This document shows positions 16,429-30,267 of a stretch of DNA of 64,000 nucleotides, piece after piece; within the stretch, counting starts at the first letter, position 1, and every line of letters starts with the position of its first letter. The position numbers and the translations under genes are program-made. Source of the DNA: Pseudomonadota bacterium (GTDB taxonomy: Bacteria > Pseudomonadota > Gammaproteobacteria > Immundisolibacterales > Immundisolibacteraceae); NCBI GenBank assembly GCA_049322795.1, contig JBMOQH010000024.1, forward strand, positions 157,846 to 221,845, read 5' to 3'. The notes under the pieces were generated by a model, which did not search any database, had not been told where the DNA came from, and worked only from the letters and a program-made list of their open reading frames with translations.

Positions 16429-16902
16429 TCAGTAGCCCCGTTCGACTCGTCCCATTCCTGAAGGATTTTGTCGAGGTTGATGAAGCGGAGTCAACGCTTG
16501 CGACTCGCCGACTCTCTCGGTAGCCGATTCCCTCGGTCGAATCGGGATTACGAAATTGCCCTGATAGGTTCTGTGCTTGTCAGTAATGGAATCGGTTATT
16601 CCAAGATCCCAAAATACAACGCTGGCCGCTAATTTTCCGCCCTCCATCTCGCTGCGAATTGCGCCAGTTGATCGGCGGTCGTCGGCAGTTGTGCATTCAT
16701 AGAGTAATGCGTCGTCCGATCGACGAATCATGACGCTTGATGTTGGAATCTGTGCAGTCCATGCTCCGCGTTTGTTTCTGAAAGTGCATTCACCGGCAGA
16801 GCCGTCCGAGAAGGTGACTGTGAGTGGAATGGTTGGATCGTTGATAATGGTCGCACATCCGGCAAGCGAAAGAAGTGTTGCCAGCGAAAGGGCTTTTTTC
16901 AT
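16429..16902 (-). CDS. Hypothetical lipoprotein, lower GC
   Basis: MKKALSLATLLSLAGC lipobox; GGAG RBS. Confidence 0.75.
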   Translation of the reverse strand: MKKALSLATLLSLAGCATIINDPTIPLTVTFSDGSAGECTFRNKRGAWTAQIPTSSVMIRRSDDALLYECTTADDRRSTGAIRSEMEGGKLAASVVFWDLGITDSITDKHRTYQGNFVIPIRPRESATERVGESQALTPLHQPRQNPSGMGRVERGY

Positions 16903-16996
16903 TTTTGCTCCCTGAGCCTTGTTGTTCGAAATAAGTAATGCGAGGGAAAAATCTGCAAGGCAACTCTTCCCGCCGCAGCAATGTTACAGCCTACGA

Positions 16997-17025
16997 TAAG
17001 GGTGCGGTGAGGCACGAACCGCATC
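16997..17025 (+). repeat. Degenerate GTAG-type REP-like hairpin at the island's right edge
   Basis: TAAGGGTGCGGTGAGGCACGAACCGCATC with GGTGCGGT/ACCGCATC arms. Confidence 0.45.
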
Positions 17026-17096
17026 GATCAACGCTTCCCGCGAATGATGCGCCCCCTTCCCCGGCACATCCCAAGGCTGCGCCTTCGCCGTCAGCC

Positions 17097-20792
<3,696 letters not shown>

Positions 20793-20990
20793 GGCGGCGG
20801 GGTCCGGCGGCGGGGGCGGCATTGTAGCGTGCGGGTTTTGGCCGGCCGGGACGGTTGGACCGCATCGAAAACGGGCGCTTTGGCGTGCGCTGGGTCAGGT
20901 TCGGCTTTGGCTCGCGCCCGCGCATCCACGGAGCGCTCCGGGCGGGCCGTTCAAGCGGGGTTGGTGGTGATCGGGTGATCGGCGAGCCGC

Positions 20991-21881
20991 TCAGTTGTCC
21001 GGCGGCAGCCCGGTTCGGGCCAACAGCGCCTGCGGCAGTTGGTCCAGGCTGGCGAGGACGGTGACGCCGGCCGGCGGGCGCTTCAGGCGTTGCGCGGCGC
21101 GGCCGCCGCACCACAGCTCGACGTCGGCGGGCAGGTCGACACGCAGCTGGCGCACGCCGATGCGTACGGCACCGGGGTCGAAGTATTCCGAGAACGACAA
21201 CGCGACGACGTCGGCCTCGAAGGCGCGTGCCGCGGCGACGATCTGGCTCTGCGGCGTCTGTGCGCCGAGCAGAATGCAGGCTGCGCCTTCCAGCCGCAGC
21301 AGTGCCTGCGCCAGCATGAGCCCCAGCGTGTGCGGCTCGCCGGTCAGGGTGGTCAGCAGCACCCGCGGGGTCTCGGCGCCGGGCGGCAACTGGGCGGTGG
21401 TTTCGCGCAGCACGCTGTCGAGCTGCGCCGAGAAATGGTGTTCCTCGAACACCTCGAGTTCGCCCCGGGCCCAGCCGTCGCCGACGCGCTCCAGCATGGC
21501 AGCCGCCGTTTCACACACGAAGCGCCGCAGCCCGTCGCGCAGCACCCGGGTGCGCAGTTCCAGCCGCAGTCCGTTGTCGTCGTGGCGCTTGATCAGTTCG
21601 ATCAGCGCCTGTTCGGCGCCGTTGGGCCCGGCGTGCCCGGCGGCTGTCTGTTCCAGCTCCTCGGCGCTCAAGGTCAGCACCTGGCCCGGACGCATGCCCT
21701 GGTCCAGCAGGCGGCGCATCTGGCGCAGGCGTGTCACCTGCTGCGCCGGGTAGCGGCGCTCGCCGCGAGGGCTGCGTACGGGCTGCGGAAAGCCGTAGCG
21801 CCGCTCCCACATGCGCAGCGTATCTTTGGCGATGCCGGTTTCGAGCGCGAGGGCTGCGATCGAGAGATGTGTTTTTTCCAT
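20991..21881 (-). CDS. carH: CarH/LitR-type adenosylcobalamin photoreceptor repressor (MerR HTH plus B12-binding domain)
   Basis: TLRMWERRYG HTH; W-x9-EH (WARGELEVFEEH); ExHxxG (EPHTLG); LGAQTP, ALS, GG; divergent from crt genes. Confidence 0.9.
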   Translation of the reverse strand: MEKTHLSIAALALETGIAKDTLRMWERRYGFPQPVRSPRGERRYPAQQVTRLRQMRRLLDQGMRPGQVLTLSAEELEQTAAGHAGPNGAEQALIELIKRHDDNGLRLELRTRVLRDGLRRFVCETAAAMLERVGDGWARGELEVFEEHHFSAQLDSVLRETTAQLPPGAETPRVLLTTLTGEPHTLGLMLAQALLRLEGAACILLGAQTPQSQIVAAARAFEADVVALSFSEYFDPGAVRIGVRQLRVDLPADVELWCGGRAAQRLKRPPAGVTVLASLDQLPQALLARTGLPPDN

Positions 21882-21895
21882 TTGTCTAAGGCAAA
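21881..21895. promoter_or_regulatory. Candidate CarH operator 1 (abuts the carH start codon)
   Basis: TTTGTCTAAGGCAAA, near-palindrome carrying TAGACA on the minus strand. Confidence 0.55.
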
Positions 21896-21898
21896 CAG

Positions 21899-21927
21899 TT
21901 GACAATTCGAAAATCGCCGCCTAATTT
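21899..21927 (+). promoter_or_regulatory. Sigma70 promoter of the crt operon
   Basis: TTGACA (21899-21904), 17-nt spacer, TAATTT (21922-21927). Confidence 0.7.
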
Positions 21928-21944
21928 TTAGCGCGAATTTCATA

Positions 21945-21959
21945 TTTGTCTAGGACAAA
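21945..21959. promoter_or_regulatory. Candidate CarH operator 2 (downstream of the crt promoter)
   Basis: TTTGTCTAGGACAAA, 13/15 identical to operator 1. Confidence 0.6.
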
Positions 21960-22007
21960 ATGGCGCGAGCGCTGGGGAGGCCCTCGCCCGTCGGGTGATT
22001 CAAATCA

Positions 22008-23195
22008 ATGGCTTTGACGATGCACGCTGCTGACGAGCCGGATGCCGGCGCCGCGAAGACGCCGTTCGATGTGCTCATCGTGGGCGCCGGTCTGCACGGC
22101 GGGCTGATCGCCCTGGCGCTGCTGGACGCCGACCCGGCGCTGCGCCTGGCGCTGATCGAGCGCGACGCCCAGCCAGCCGGCAACCACACCTGGTGCTTTC
22201 ACCGCGGCGACGTGCCGGCGGACGTGGGGGCGTGGTTCGCGCGCCTGCCGCTGACCACCTGGCCGGGGTACCGGGTGGCGTTTCCCGCTCTGGAGCGGGC
22301 GGTGGACCTGCCCTACTGCTGCCTGACGGCCGATGGTCTGGCCAAGGCGCTGCGGGATGCCTTCGCCGGCCGGGATACGGCCACGCTCATGACGGATCAG
22401 GCGGTCGATGCGGTCGGCGAGCACACGGTGCGTCTCGCGGGCGGCCGGGAGCTGCGGGCATCGCTGGTGATCGACGCGCGGGGTGGCAGTACTGTCGGCG
22501 CGACCGGGTATCAGAAGTTCCTGGGTCTTGAAGTGGAGCTCGCCGCCGACTGCGGGCTCGATCGGCCGCTGCTGATGGACGCCCGCGTGGCGCAGGGGCC
22601 GCAGTTCCGATTCATGTACGTGCTGCCGCTGGCGGCCCGACGCCTGCTGATCGAGGACACCGCCTTCGCGCGCACGCCGCAGCTGGACCTCGCCGCCCGG
22701 CGGGCGGCGATAGTCGATTACGCGGCCGCCCAGGGCTGGGCCATCCGCGCCGTGCTGAGGGAGGAATCCGGCGTGTTGCCGATGCCCTGGCAGGCGTCGG
22801 TGTCCGCGCCGGCCTTGCCGCTCACCGTTGGGTATGCCGGCGGTTGGTTCCACCCGGCGACCGGCTATTCAGCACCCTGCGCACTGCGGCTGGCCACGCT
22901 GCTGGCGCGGCATTGGCGCGACCCGCTGCCGGCGCTGACGGCCGAGTGGCGCCGCCATCGGCGGCAGTTCCGGCTGGGGCTGCTGCTGAACCGACTCGCG
23001 TTTCTCGGCTTTCGGCCAGACCTCATGTGGCAGCCGTTCGCGCGCTTTTACCGACTGCCGCTCGCCACCATCGGCCGTTTCTACCGACTGGAAAGCACTG
23101 CATCGGACGTGGCGCGCCTGCTGCTCGGGCGCCCGCCGCGGGGTTTCGGCAGCGCCTGGTTGCCAGGGCGCCCTTCACCGGAGGCTGGATCATGA
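22008..23195 (+). CDS. crtY: Lycopene beta-cyclase (CrtY type)
   Basis: IVGAGLHG, GNHTWCFH, GYQKFLGLE, LMDARV.Q...RFMYVLP, IEDT, FHPATGYS, RFYRLP...I.RFY. Confidence 0.9.
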   Translation: MALTMHAADEPDAGAAKTPFDVLIVGAGLHGGLIALALLDADPALRLALIERDAQPAGNHTWCFHRGDVPADVGAWFARLPLTTWPGYRVAFPALERAVDLPYCCLTADGLAKALRDAFAGRDTATLMTDQAVDAVGEHTVRLAGGRELRASLVIDARGGSTVGATGYQKFLGLEVELAADCGLDRPLLMDARVAQGPQFRFMYVLPLAARRLLIEDTAFARTPQLDLAARRAAIVDYAAAQGWAIRAVLREESGVLPMPWQASVSAPALPLTVGYAGGWFHPATGYSAPCALRLATLLARHWRDPLPALTAEWRRHRRQFRLGLLLNRLAFLGFRPDLMWQPFARFYRLPLATIGRFYRLESTASDVARLLLGRPPRGFGSAWLPGRPSPEAGS

Positions 23196-24260
23196 AGGCA
23201 CAGACCGTTTTGGCCGCGGGGCCCCGGTTGCGGCACGACGGCGCATTTGCAGGGCCTTCGTCGCGGCCGGCGGTGGAGCCGCCTGCGGCGCCCGATCTGG
23301 CCGCGTTTTTCAAGCGGCGGGTCGGCCAACTGCCGCCTGCGGCCGACGTGTGCGAAGGCGTCTGGCAGGACACGCTGTACGCGCCGTTGGCCGAGTTTCT
23401 GGGCCGCCCCGGCAAGCTGCTGCGGGCGCGGCTGGTGCGCCACGGCTGGCAGCTGTCCGGCGCGCGTGGCGAGCCACCGGAAACGCTGTGCCTGCTGCCG
23501 GAGATCCTGCACAGCGCCTCGCTGATCGTCGACGACATTCAGGACGGGGCGGTCGCGCGCCGCGGCGGCCCGGCGCTGCACCGGATGATCGGCCCCGAGC
23601 GGGCCCTGAACGCCGCCAACTGGCTGTATTTCTGGCCCAACCGGCTGCTCGACGAGCTGCGCCTGTCGACCCCGCGCCGGCGCGCCTGTGCAGACCTGAT
23701 CACCGCCACGCTGCTCGACTGTCACCGCGGGCAGGCGCTGGATCTTGGCGGGGAGATCTGGACGCTGCCGCAGGACGCCTTGCCGGCACTGGTGGCCGAG
23801 CAAAGCCGCCTCAAGACCGGCCGTCTGACGGCCATGTGTGTCGGGCTCGGCGCGATCGCCGCCGGGGCGCGGCCCGGGTGCGTGGCGTTGCTGCAACACT
23901 TCGGCGAGCAGGTCGGCGTGGCGCTGCAGATGCTGGACGACCTCACCGCCGTGCTGCTGCCGGCGCGCCACGACAAGGCCGGCGAGGACATCGGCGCCGG
24001 CCGGCCGACCTTCGCCTGGGTGCTTGCCGCGCAGCGGGCCAGCGAATTCAGCTACCGCGCCTTGCAGCAGCAGGCGCGCGCCGCGGCGGGTGGCGACTGG
24101 CGCCCGGTGTGTGCGCAGCTGGCCGAGGTGATCGGTCCGGATGCGCTCGACCATCCCCGCAAGGCGCTGACCGAAGCCGCGGTGCTGCTGAGCGAGGGCG
24201 GCCTGCCGGCGGCCGCCGTGCAGGATGTGTTGACTGACCTCGAACGACTGGAGCGCGCGT

Positions 24261-24268
<8 letters not shown>
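23192..24268 (+). CDS. crtE: Geranylgeranyl diphosphate synthase
   Basis: PGKLLR, LHSASLIVDDIQD, RRG.PALH, GQALDL, KTG, LQMLDD; ATGA coupling to crtY. Confidence 0.85.
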
Positions 24269-25753
<1,485 letters not shown>

Positions 25754-25757
<4 letters not shown>

Positions 25758-26674
25758 GCGATCCGGTTGCCGCCGTCATCCACCAGCATTCCAAGAGCTT
25801 CTCGCTGGCGTCGCGCCTGCTGCCGGCAGCGGTGCGCGGGCAGGTGGTGGGGCTGTATGCCTGGTGCCGGCGCGCCGACGACGCGGTGGACCTGGCCGCC
25901 GATCCGGTGGCGAGCCTGGCCCGGCTCACGGCCGAGCTCGACGCCGTCTATCGCGGCGAGCCCGGCGACGATCCGATCCTCATCGCCTTCGCGCAGCTGG
26001 TCGAGCGCTGCGCCCTGCCGCGCCATTACCCGCAGGAACTGCTGGCCGGCATGGCGATGGACCTGACGCCGGATCTGTACGCCGACGACGCGCAGCTGGC
26101 GCTGTACTGCTACCGCGTGGCGGGCGTGGTGGGGCTGATGATGTGCCACGTCATGGGCGTGGCCGACGATGCGGCGCTGCCGCAGGCGGCGTGGCTCGGC
26201 ATGGGCATGCAGCTGACCAACATCTGCCGCGATGTGGGCGAGGACTGGCAGCGCGGGCGGCTGTACCTGCCGTACCGGGCACTCGGCTTCGCCGACGAGG
26301 CGGCGGTGCGGGACGCGCTCACCCGGCCTATCGACGCCGCGCTCGCGGCGCGCTTGCCGGCGCAGGTGCGCCGGACGCTGGTGCTCGCCGACGCGCACTA
26401 CCGGCGAGGTCTTGGCGGCATCGCGGCGCTCGACTGGCGCTGTGGTCTCGCCGTGCGCTCGGCGGCGCGCATCTACCGCGGCATCGGCGCCGCGCTGGCG
26501 CGCCAGGGCCACCAGCCGCTCGCCGGGCGGGCCTGGTTGTCTGGCCGCGGCAAGGCGGCGCAGGTGGCAATCGCTTTAATGGAACAGATCAGCGGAGGCT
26601 TTGGCCGTCGCCCCCGCCAGCCGCCCCGGCGGGTACTCGAATTCGGAGCCGAGCTGTGCCTGCCCGGCGCCTGA
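25754..26674 (+). CDS. crtB: Phytoene synthase
   Basis: HSKSFSLASRLLP, LYAWCRRADDAVD, GMAMD, YCYRVAGVVG, MQLTNICRDVGED..RGRLYLP. Confidence 0.95.
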
Positions 26675-27090
26675 TGCTGGGTGCGGTGTTGTTTGCCGGT
26701 GTCGCTACGGGGGGGCATGCCATGGATGTCGAAGTGATCGCGCGCGGCCTGCGCAACCAGAACGGCAGCGCGCTGTTTGCGGTGTTCACGGAGCCGGCCG
26801 GCTTTCCCGGCGAGGGCGAGCAGGCGGCGTTTCACCTGGAGGCGCCGATCACCGGCAGCGAGGTGCGTGTCACGTTCACCGGCTTGCCCGACGACCGCCC
26901 GCTGGCCATCGCAGTGCTGCACGACGAGGACGGCGACAAGCGCATGGCGATCGGGTTCTTCGGCATCCCCAAGGAGGGCTTTGGCGTGTCCAACAACCCG
27001 CGCATCCTGTTCGGCCCGCCGAGCTTCAAGGATGCCCTTTTGACACCCACGCCGGGCCAGCCAGTCATCATCGACATGCGGTACTTCTGA
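26674..27090 (+). CDS. DUF2141-family exported protein
   Basis: Signal peptide; AIAVLHDEDGD...GIPKEGFGVSNNP...GPPSFKDA. Confidence 0.8.
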   Translation: MLGAVLFAGVATGGHAMDVEVIARGLRNQNGSALFAVFTEPAGFPGEGEQAAFHLEAPITGSEVRVTFTGLPDDRPLAIAVLHDEDGDKRMAIGFFGIPKEGFGVSNNPRILFGPPSFKDALLTPTPGQPVIIDMRYF

Positions 27091-27092
27091 GC

Positions 27093-27779
27093 ATGGAAAA
27101 GATCGCCGTTCCGGATGCCTTCGACGCCGTGGCGCCGCGCTACGACCTGATGTGCCGGCTCAATCCGGGGTATCTCGCCATGCTGGCGGACGCCGCCCGC
27201 ACGCTGGCGCCGCTGCCCGTGCCGCGCCTGCTCGACCTGTGCTGCGGCAGCGGCCTGTCGACGCAGGCGCTGCGCCGCGCGCACCCGGGCGTGCCGATCG
27301 TCGCGCTGGACGGCTCGGCCGGCATGCTGGCGCAGGCCCGGCAAAAGGCACTCGACCCCATCGAATTCGTGCAGGGCGACGCGCAGATGCCCACCCGTCA
27401 TCTCAATGGCCCCTTCGGCGGGGTGCTGATGTCCTACGGCCTGCGCAACGTGCGCGATCCGGACCAGGCGCTGGCCGGCCTGCGCGACCTGCTGGCGCCG
27501 GGCGGGCTGCTCGCCATCCACGATTACAGCCTCGCCGGGCCGGGCGCGGAGCGCCTGTGGCGCTTCATGTGCCGGGCGGTGGTGCGGCCGTTCTGCGCCG
27601 CGGTGTCGGGCGCGCCGCAGCTGTTCGAGTACCTCGAGGACAGCGTGCTCGACTTTGACCGCCGCGACGCGCTGGCGGCGCGCGTGCAGGCCGCCGGCTT
27701 CGAGCTGCTGCGAGTGGTGCCCGGCCGGCTGTGGCAGCGGCAGATCGTGCACACCGTCGTCGCGCGGCGGCCGGCATGA
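27093..27779 (+). CDS. crtT: Class I SAM methyltransferase, CrtT-like (UbiE-related)
   Basis: AFDAVAPRYDLMCRLNPGY, LLDLCCGSG, YGLRNV, LAPGG.LAIHDY; position next to crtU as in Streptomyces clusters. Confidence 0.7.
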   Translation: MEKIAVPDAFDAVAPRYDLMCRLNPGYLAMLADAARTLAPLPVPRLLDLCCGSGLSTQALRRAHPGVPIVALDGSAGMLAQARQKALDPIEFVQGDAQMPTRHLNGPFGGVLMSYGLRNVRDPDQALAGLRDLLAPGGLLAIHDYSLAGPGAERLWRFMCRAVVRPFCAAVSGAPQLFEYLEDSVLDFDRRDALAARVQAAGFELLRVVPGRLWQRQIVHTVVARRPA

Positions 27780-29248
27780 GGGCGTACATGCAGCCCCGAT
27801 TCGGGCGCGCGCGTCTGGCTGAGCCGCTGCGCGTGGCGGTGCTGGGTGGCGGTCTCGCCGGCATAGCCGCGGCGGTGACGCTGGCCGAGCGCGGCGCCGC
27901 GGTCACGCTGCTGGAGGCGAATGAAGGTCTCGGCGGCCGGCTCGCCGCCTGGCCGGTCGAGGTGGCCGGCGAACGGTTCGAGATGGATCGCGGCTTTCAC
28001 GCCTTCTTTCGCCACTACTACAACCTGCGTGCGCTGCTGCGGCGGGTGGACCCGGCGCTCGATGGCCTCGTGCCGCTCACCGATTACCCCATCCTGACGC
28101 CCGCCGGGCCGCTGTCGTTCGCCGACCTGCCGGCCAATGCGCTGCTCACGCTGCTGCCGCTGATGCGGCAAGTGGGTCTGGGCGTCGCGGACCTGCGCCG
28201 GGTGCGGATCGGCCACGCGCTCGCCATGCTCAGCTGGCATCCCGAGCGCACGCCCGCGCGCTGGGACGCGCTGAGCGCCGAGGACTGGCTGCGTGGCCTG
28301 AACTTTCCGCCGGCCGCCCGCATGCGCCTGCTGGACGTGTTCGCGCACAGCTTCTTCAACCCGACCGGCGAGTTCTCGGCGGCGGACCTGCTGATGCTGT
28401 TCCACTACTACTTCTTCGGCAATCGCGAGGGCCTGCTGTTCGACGTCGCCCGCCGGCCGTTTGGGGAGTGGCTGTGGCGGCCGTTCGAGACGCACCTGCG
28501 CACGCTTGGCGTGGACGTGCGTCTCGCCTGCCCCGCGCAGGCCGTGGCCCGCGCCGGCGAGCACTGGCAGGTGCACACCGCGTCCGGCCCGCTGGCGGCC
28601 GATGCGCTGGTGCTGGCGCTCGACGCACCGGGCCTGCGGCAGGTGCGGGAGGCGAGCGGCACGCTGGCGGCGGCGGTCCGCGCGCCGCTCGAGCGCGTGC
28701 GGGCCACCCGGCCGTTCGCCGTGTGGCGCCTGTGGCTGGACCGGCCGGTCGATGCCGCGCGTGCGCCGTTCGCCGGCACGGCGGGTTACGACATCCTCGA
28801 CAACGTGTCCGTATACAGCGCGTTTCACGACGACAGCGCCGACTGGGCGCGGCGCCATCGCGGCGCCGTGCTCGAGTTGCACGCCTACGGGTTGCTCAGC
28901 GACGACGAGGCGGACATCCGCCGGCGCCTGATGGATGCACTGCACGCGGTGTATCCCGAAACCGCGTCGGCGCGGGTGCTCGGCGAGCAATTCCTGCTGC
29001 GCGCCGACTGCCCGGCCTTTCCGCCCGGCAGCGCGGCCGACCGGCCGGGCGTCGCCACCGCCGAGCCGACCCTGGTGCTGGCGGGCGATCACGTGCGGCT
29101 GCCGTTTGCCTGCGCGCTCATGGAGCGGGCGACGGCGTCCGGAATCCTGGCCGCCAACACGCTGCTCTCCACGCGGCAGGTGGACCCGGCGCCGCTGTGG
29201 ACCGGCCCGCAGCGTGGCCTGCTGGCGCCTGCCGTGAGGGCCGCCTGA
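27776..29248 (+). CDS. crtU: CrtU-like beta-carotene desaturase/methyl-migrating enzyme (isorenieratene synthase)
   Basis: GGGLAG..AA..LAERG, LGGRLAAWP, MDRGFHAFFRHYYNLR.LLRRVDP, SAA.LL.LFH.YF.G..EGLLFDV, RLWLDRPV, VLELHAY, LMERATASG..AAN.LL. Confidence 0.85.
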   Translation: MRAYMQPRFGRARLAEPLRVAVLGGGLAGIAAAVTLAERGAAVTLLEANEGLGGRLAAWPVEVAGERFEMDRGFHAFFRHYYNLRALLRRVDPALDGLVPLTDYPILTPAGPLSFADLPANALLTLLPLMRQVGLGVADLRRVRIGHALAMLSWHPERTPARWDALSAEDWLRGLNFPPAARMRLLDVFAHSFFNPTGEFSAADLLMLFHYYFFGNREGLLFDVARRPFGEWLWRPFETHLRTLGVDVRLACPAQAVARAGEHWQVHTASGPLAADALVLALDAPGLRQVREASGTLAAAVRAPLERVRATRPFAVWRLWLDRPVDAARAPFAGTAGYDILDNVSVYSAFHDDSADWARRHRGAVLELHAYGLLSDDEADIRRRLMDALHAVYPETASARVLGEQFLLRADCPAFPPGSAADRPGVATAEPTLVLAGDHVRLPFACALMERATASGILAANTLLSTRQVDPAPLWTGPQRGLLAPAVRAA

Positions 29249-30267
29249 TGCGCCGCGCGACGGATGGACACGGACGCCGGCTGTGGCTGTTCGGTGACGA
29301 TCTCGGCGACCTGCCCGCGCCGGCACGCCCCGACTGGCAGGCCGCCGAGCCACGCTGGATTGCCGGCGCGCTGGCGCAGGCACTGCAGCGGCCCACGGGC
29401 GGCTGGCACGTGGTGACGGCATCGTCTTCGCTGCGCGCGAAACCCCTGGCGGCGCGGGTGCAGGGCAGGGAGCTGGTGCTCTGGCGCAGCGCCGCCGGCG
29501 TGCACGCGGCCGACGACCAGTGCCCGCATCTGGGCGCGCGCTGGTCCGACGGACGCATCGCCGATGGACGGCTCCTGTGCCCCTGGCACGGCCTGGCGCT
29601 CGACGCCCAGTCGCCCTGCACGGCGCTGCTGCCGACGCACGACGACGGCGTCCTGGTGTGGGTGCAGCTGCCGGGCGAGGCGCCGCTGGCCGCCCCGGTG
29701 CTGCCCGAGCGGCCCCGCGATGCGCTCGTCTCCGTGATGACGCTGCCGGCGCGCTGCACGCCGCGCGAGGTGTTGGAAAACCGCCTCGATCCCTGGCACG
29801 GCGCGCACTTCCACCGCCATTCCTTCGCAAGGCTCAAGGTGCTCGAACAGGCCGAGGACAGCATCACGGTGCGCGTGGCCTTTCGCGTGCTGGGGCCGCT
29901 GGCGGTGGAAGTGGACGCCCGCTTCCATTGCCCGCAGGCGCGCTGCATCGCCATGACCATCGTCGGCGGCGAGGGCGTGGGCTCGGTGGTGGAAACCCAC
30001 GGCACGCTGATCGAAGGCGGCCGCTGTCAGATCACCGAGGCGGTGTTCGCCCACTCGGCGCGGCGCGGATTCGCGCTGGCGCGCCGGCTCGGCTGGCTGC
30101 TGCGGCCGGTGATGGGTTTCGCCGCGCGCCGCCTGTGGATCGAGGACGCCGCCTACTGCGAGCGCCGCTACGCACTTCTTGCCCAGCCGGTCGCCGTGCG
30201 CCCGGCGCCGGTTCCCCGTTCAGGTCAGTCACAGGAGCGATCCGATGAACGACACGCTGCTCGATAG
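29248..30267 (+). CDS. crtV: CrtV-like Rieske plus DUF5914 protein
   Basis: CPHLGA...CPWHG Rieske motifs, HDDGVLVWV, NRLDPWHGA.FH, GEGVGSVVETH, LW.EDAAYCERR. Confidence 0.78.
   Translation: MRRATDGHGRRLWLFGDDLGDLPAPARPDWQAAEPRWIAGALAQALQRPTGGWHVVTASSSLRAKPLAARVQGRELVLWRSAAGVHAADDQCPHLGARWSDGRIADGRLLCPWHGLALDAQSPCTALLPTHDDGVLVWVQLPGEAPLAAPVLPERPRDALVSVMTLPARCTPREVLENRLDPWHGAHFHRHSFARLKVLEQAEDSITVRVAFRVLGPLAVEVDARFHCPQARCIAMTIVGGEGVGSVVETHGTLIEGGRCQITEAVFAHSARRGFALARRLGWLLRPVMGFAARRLWIEDAAYCERRYALLAQPVAVRPAPVPRSGQSQERSDERHAAR

Noticed and set aside
20793-20990. Cobalamin, SAH or SAM riboswitch upstream of metH
   Set aside because: GGAGCGCT is present, but I could not find the other conserved SAH elements or a B12 box; an Rfam scan would settle it.
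22844-23191. N-terminal extensions on crtE and other operon genes as given in the ORF track
   Set aside because: They overlap upstream genes; ATGA/TGATG-coupled starts give normal-length proteins.
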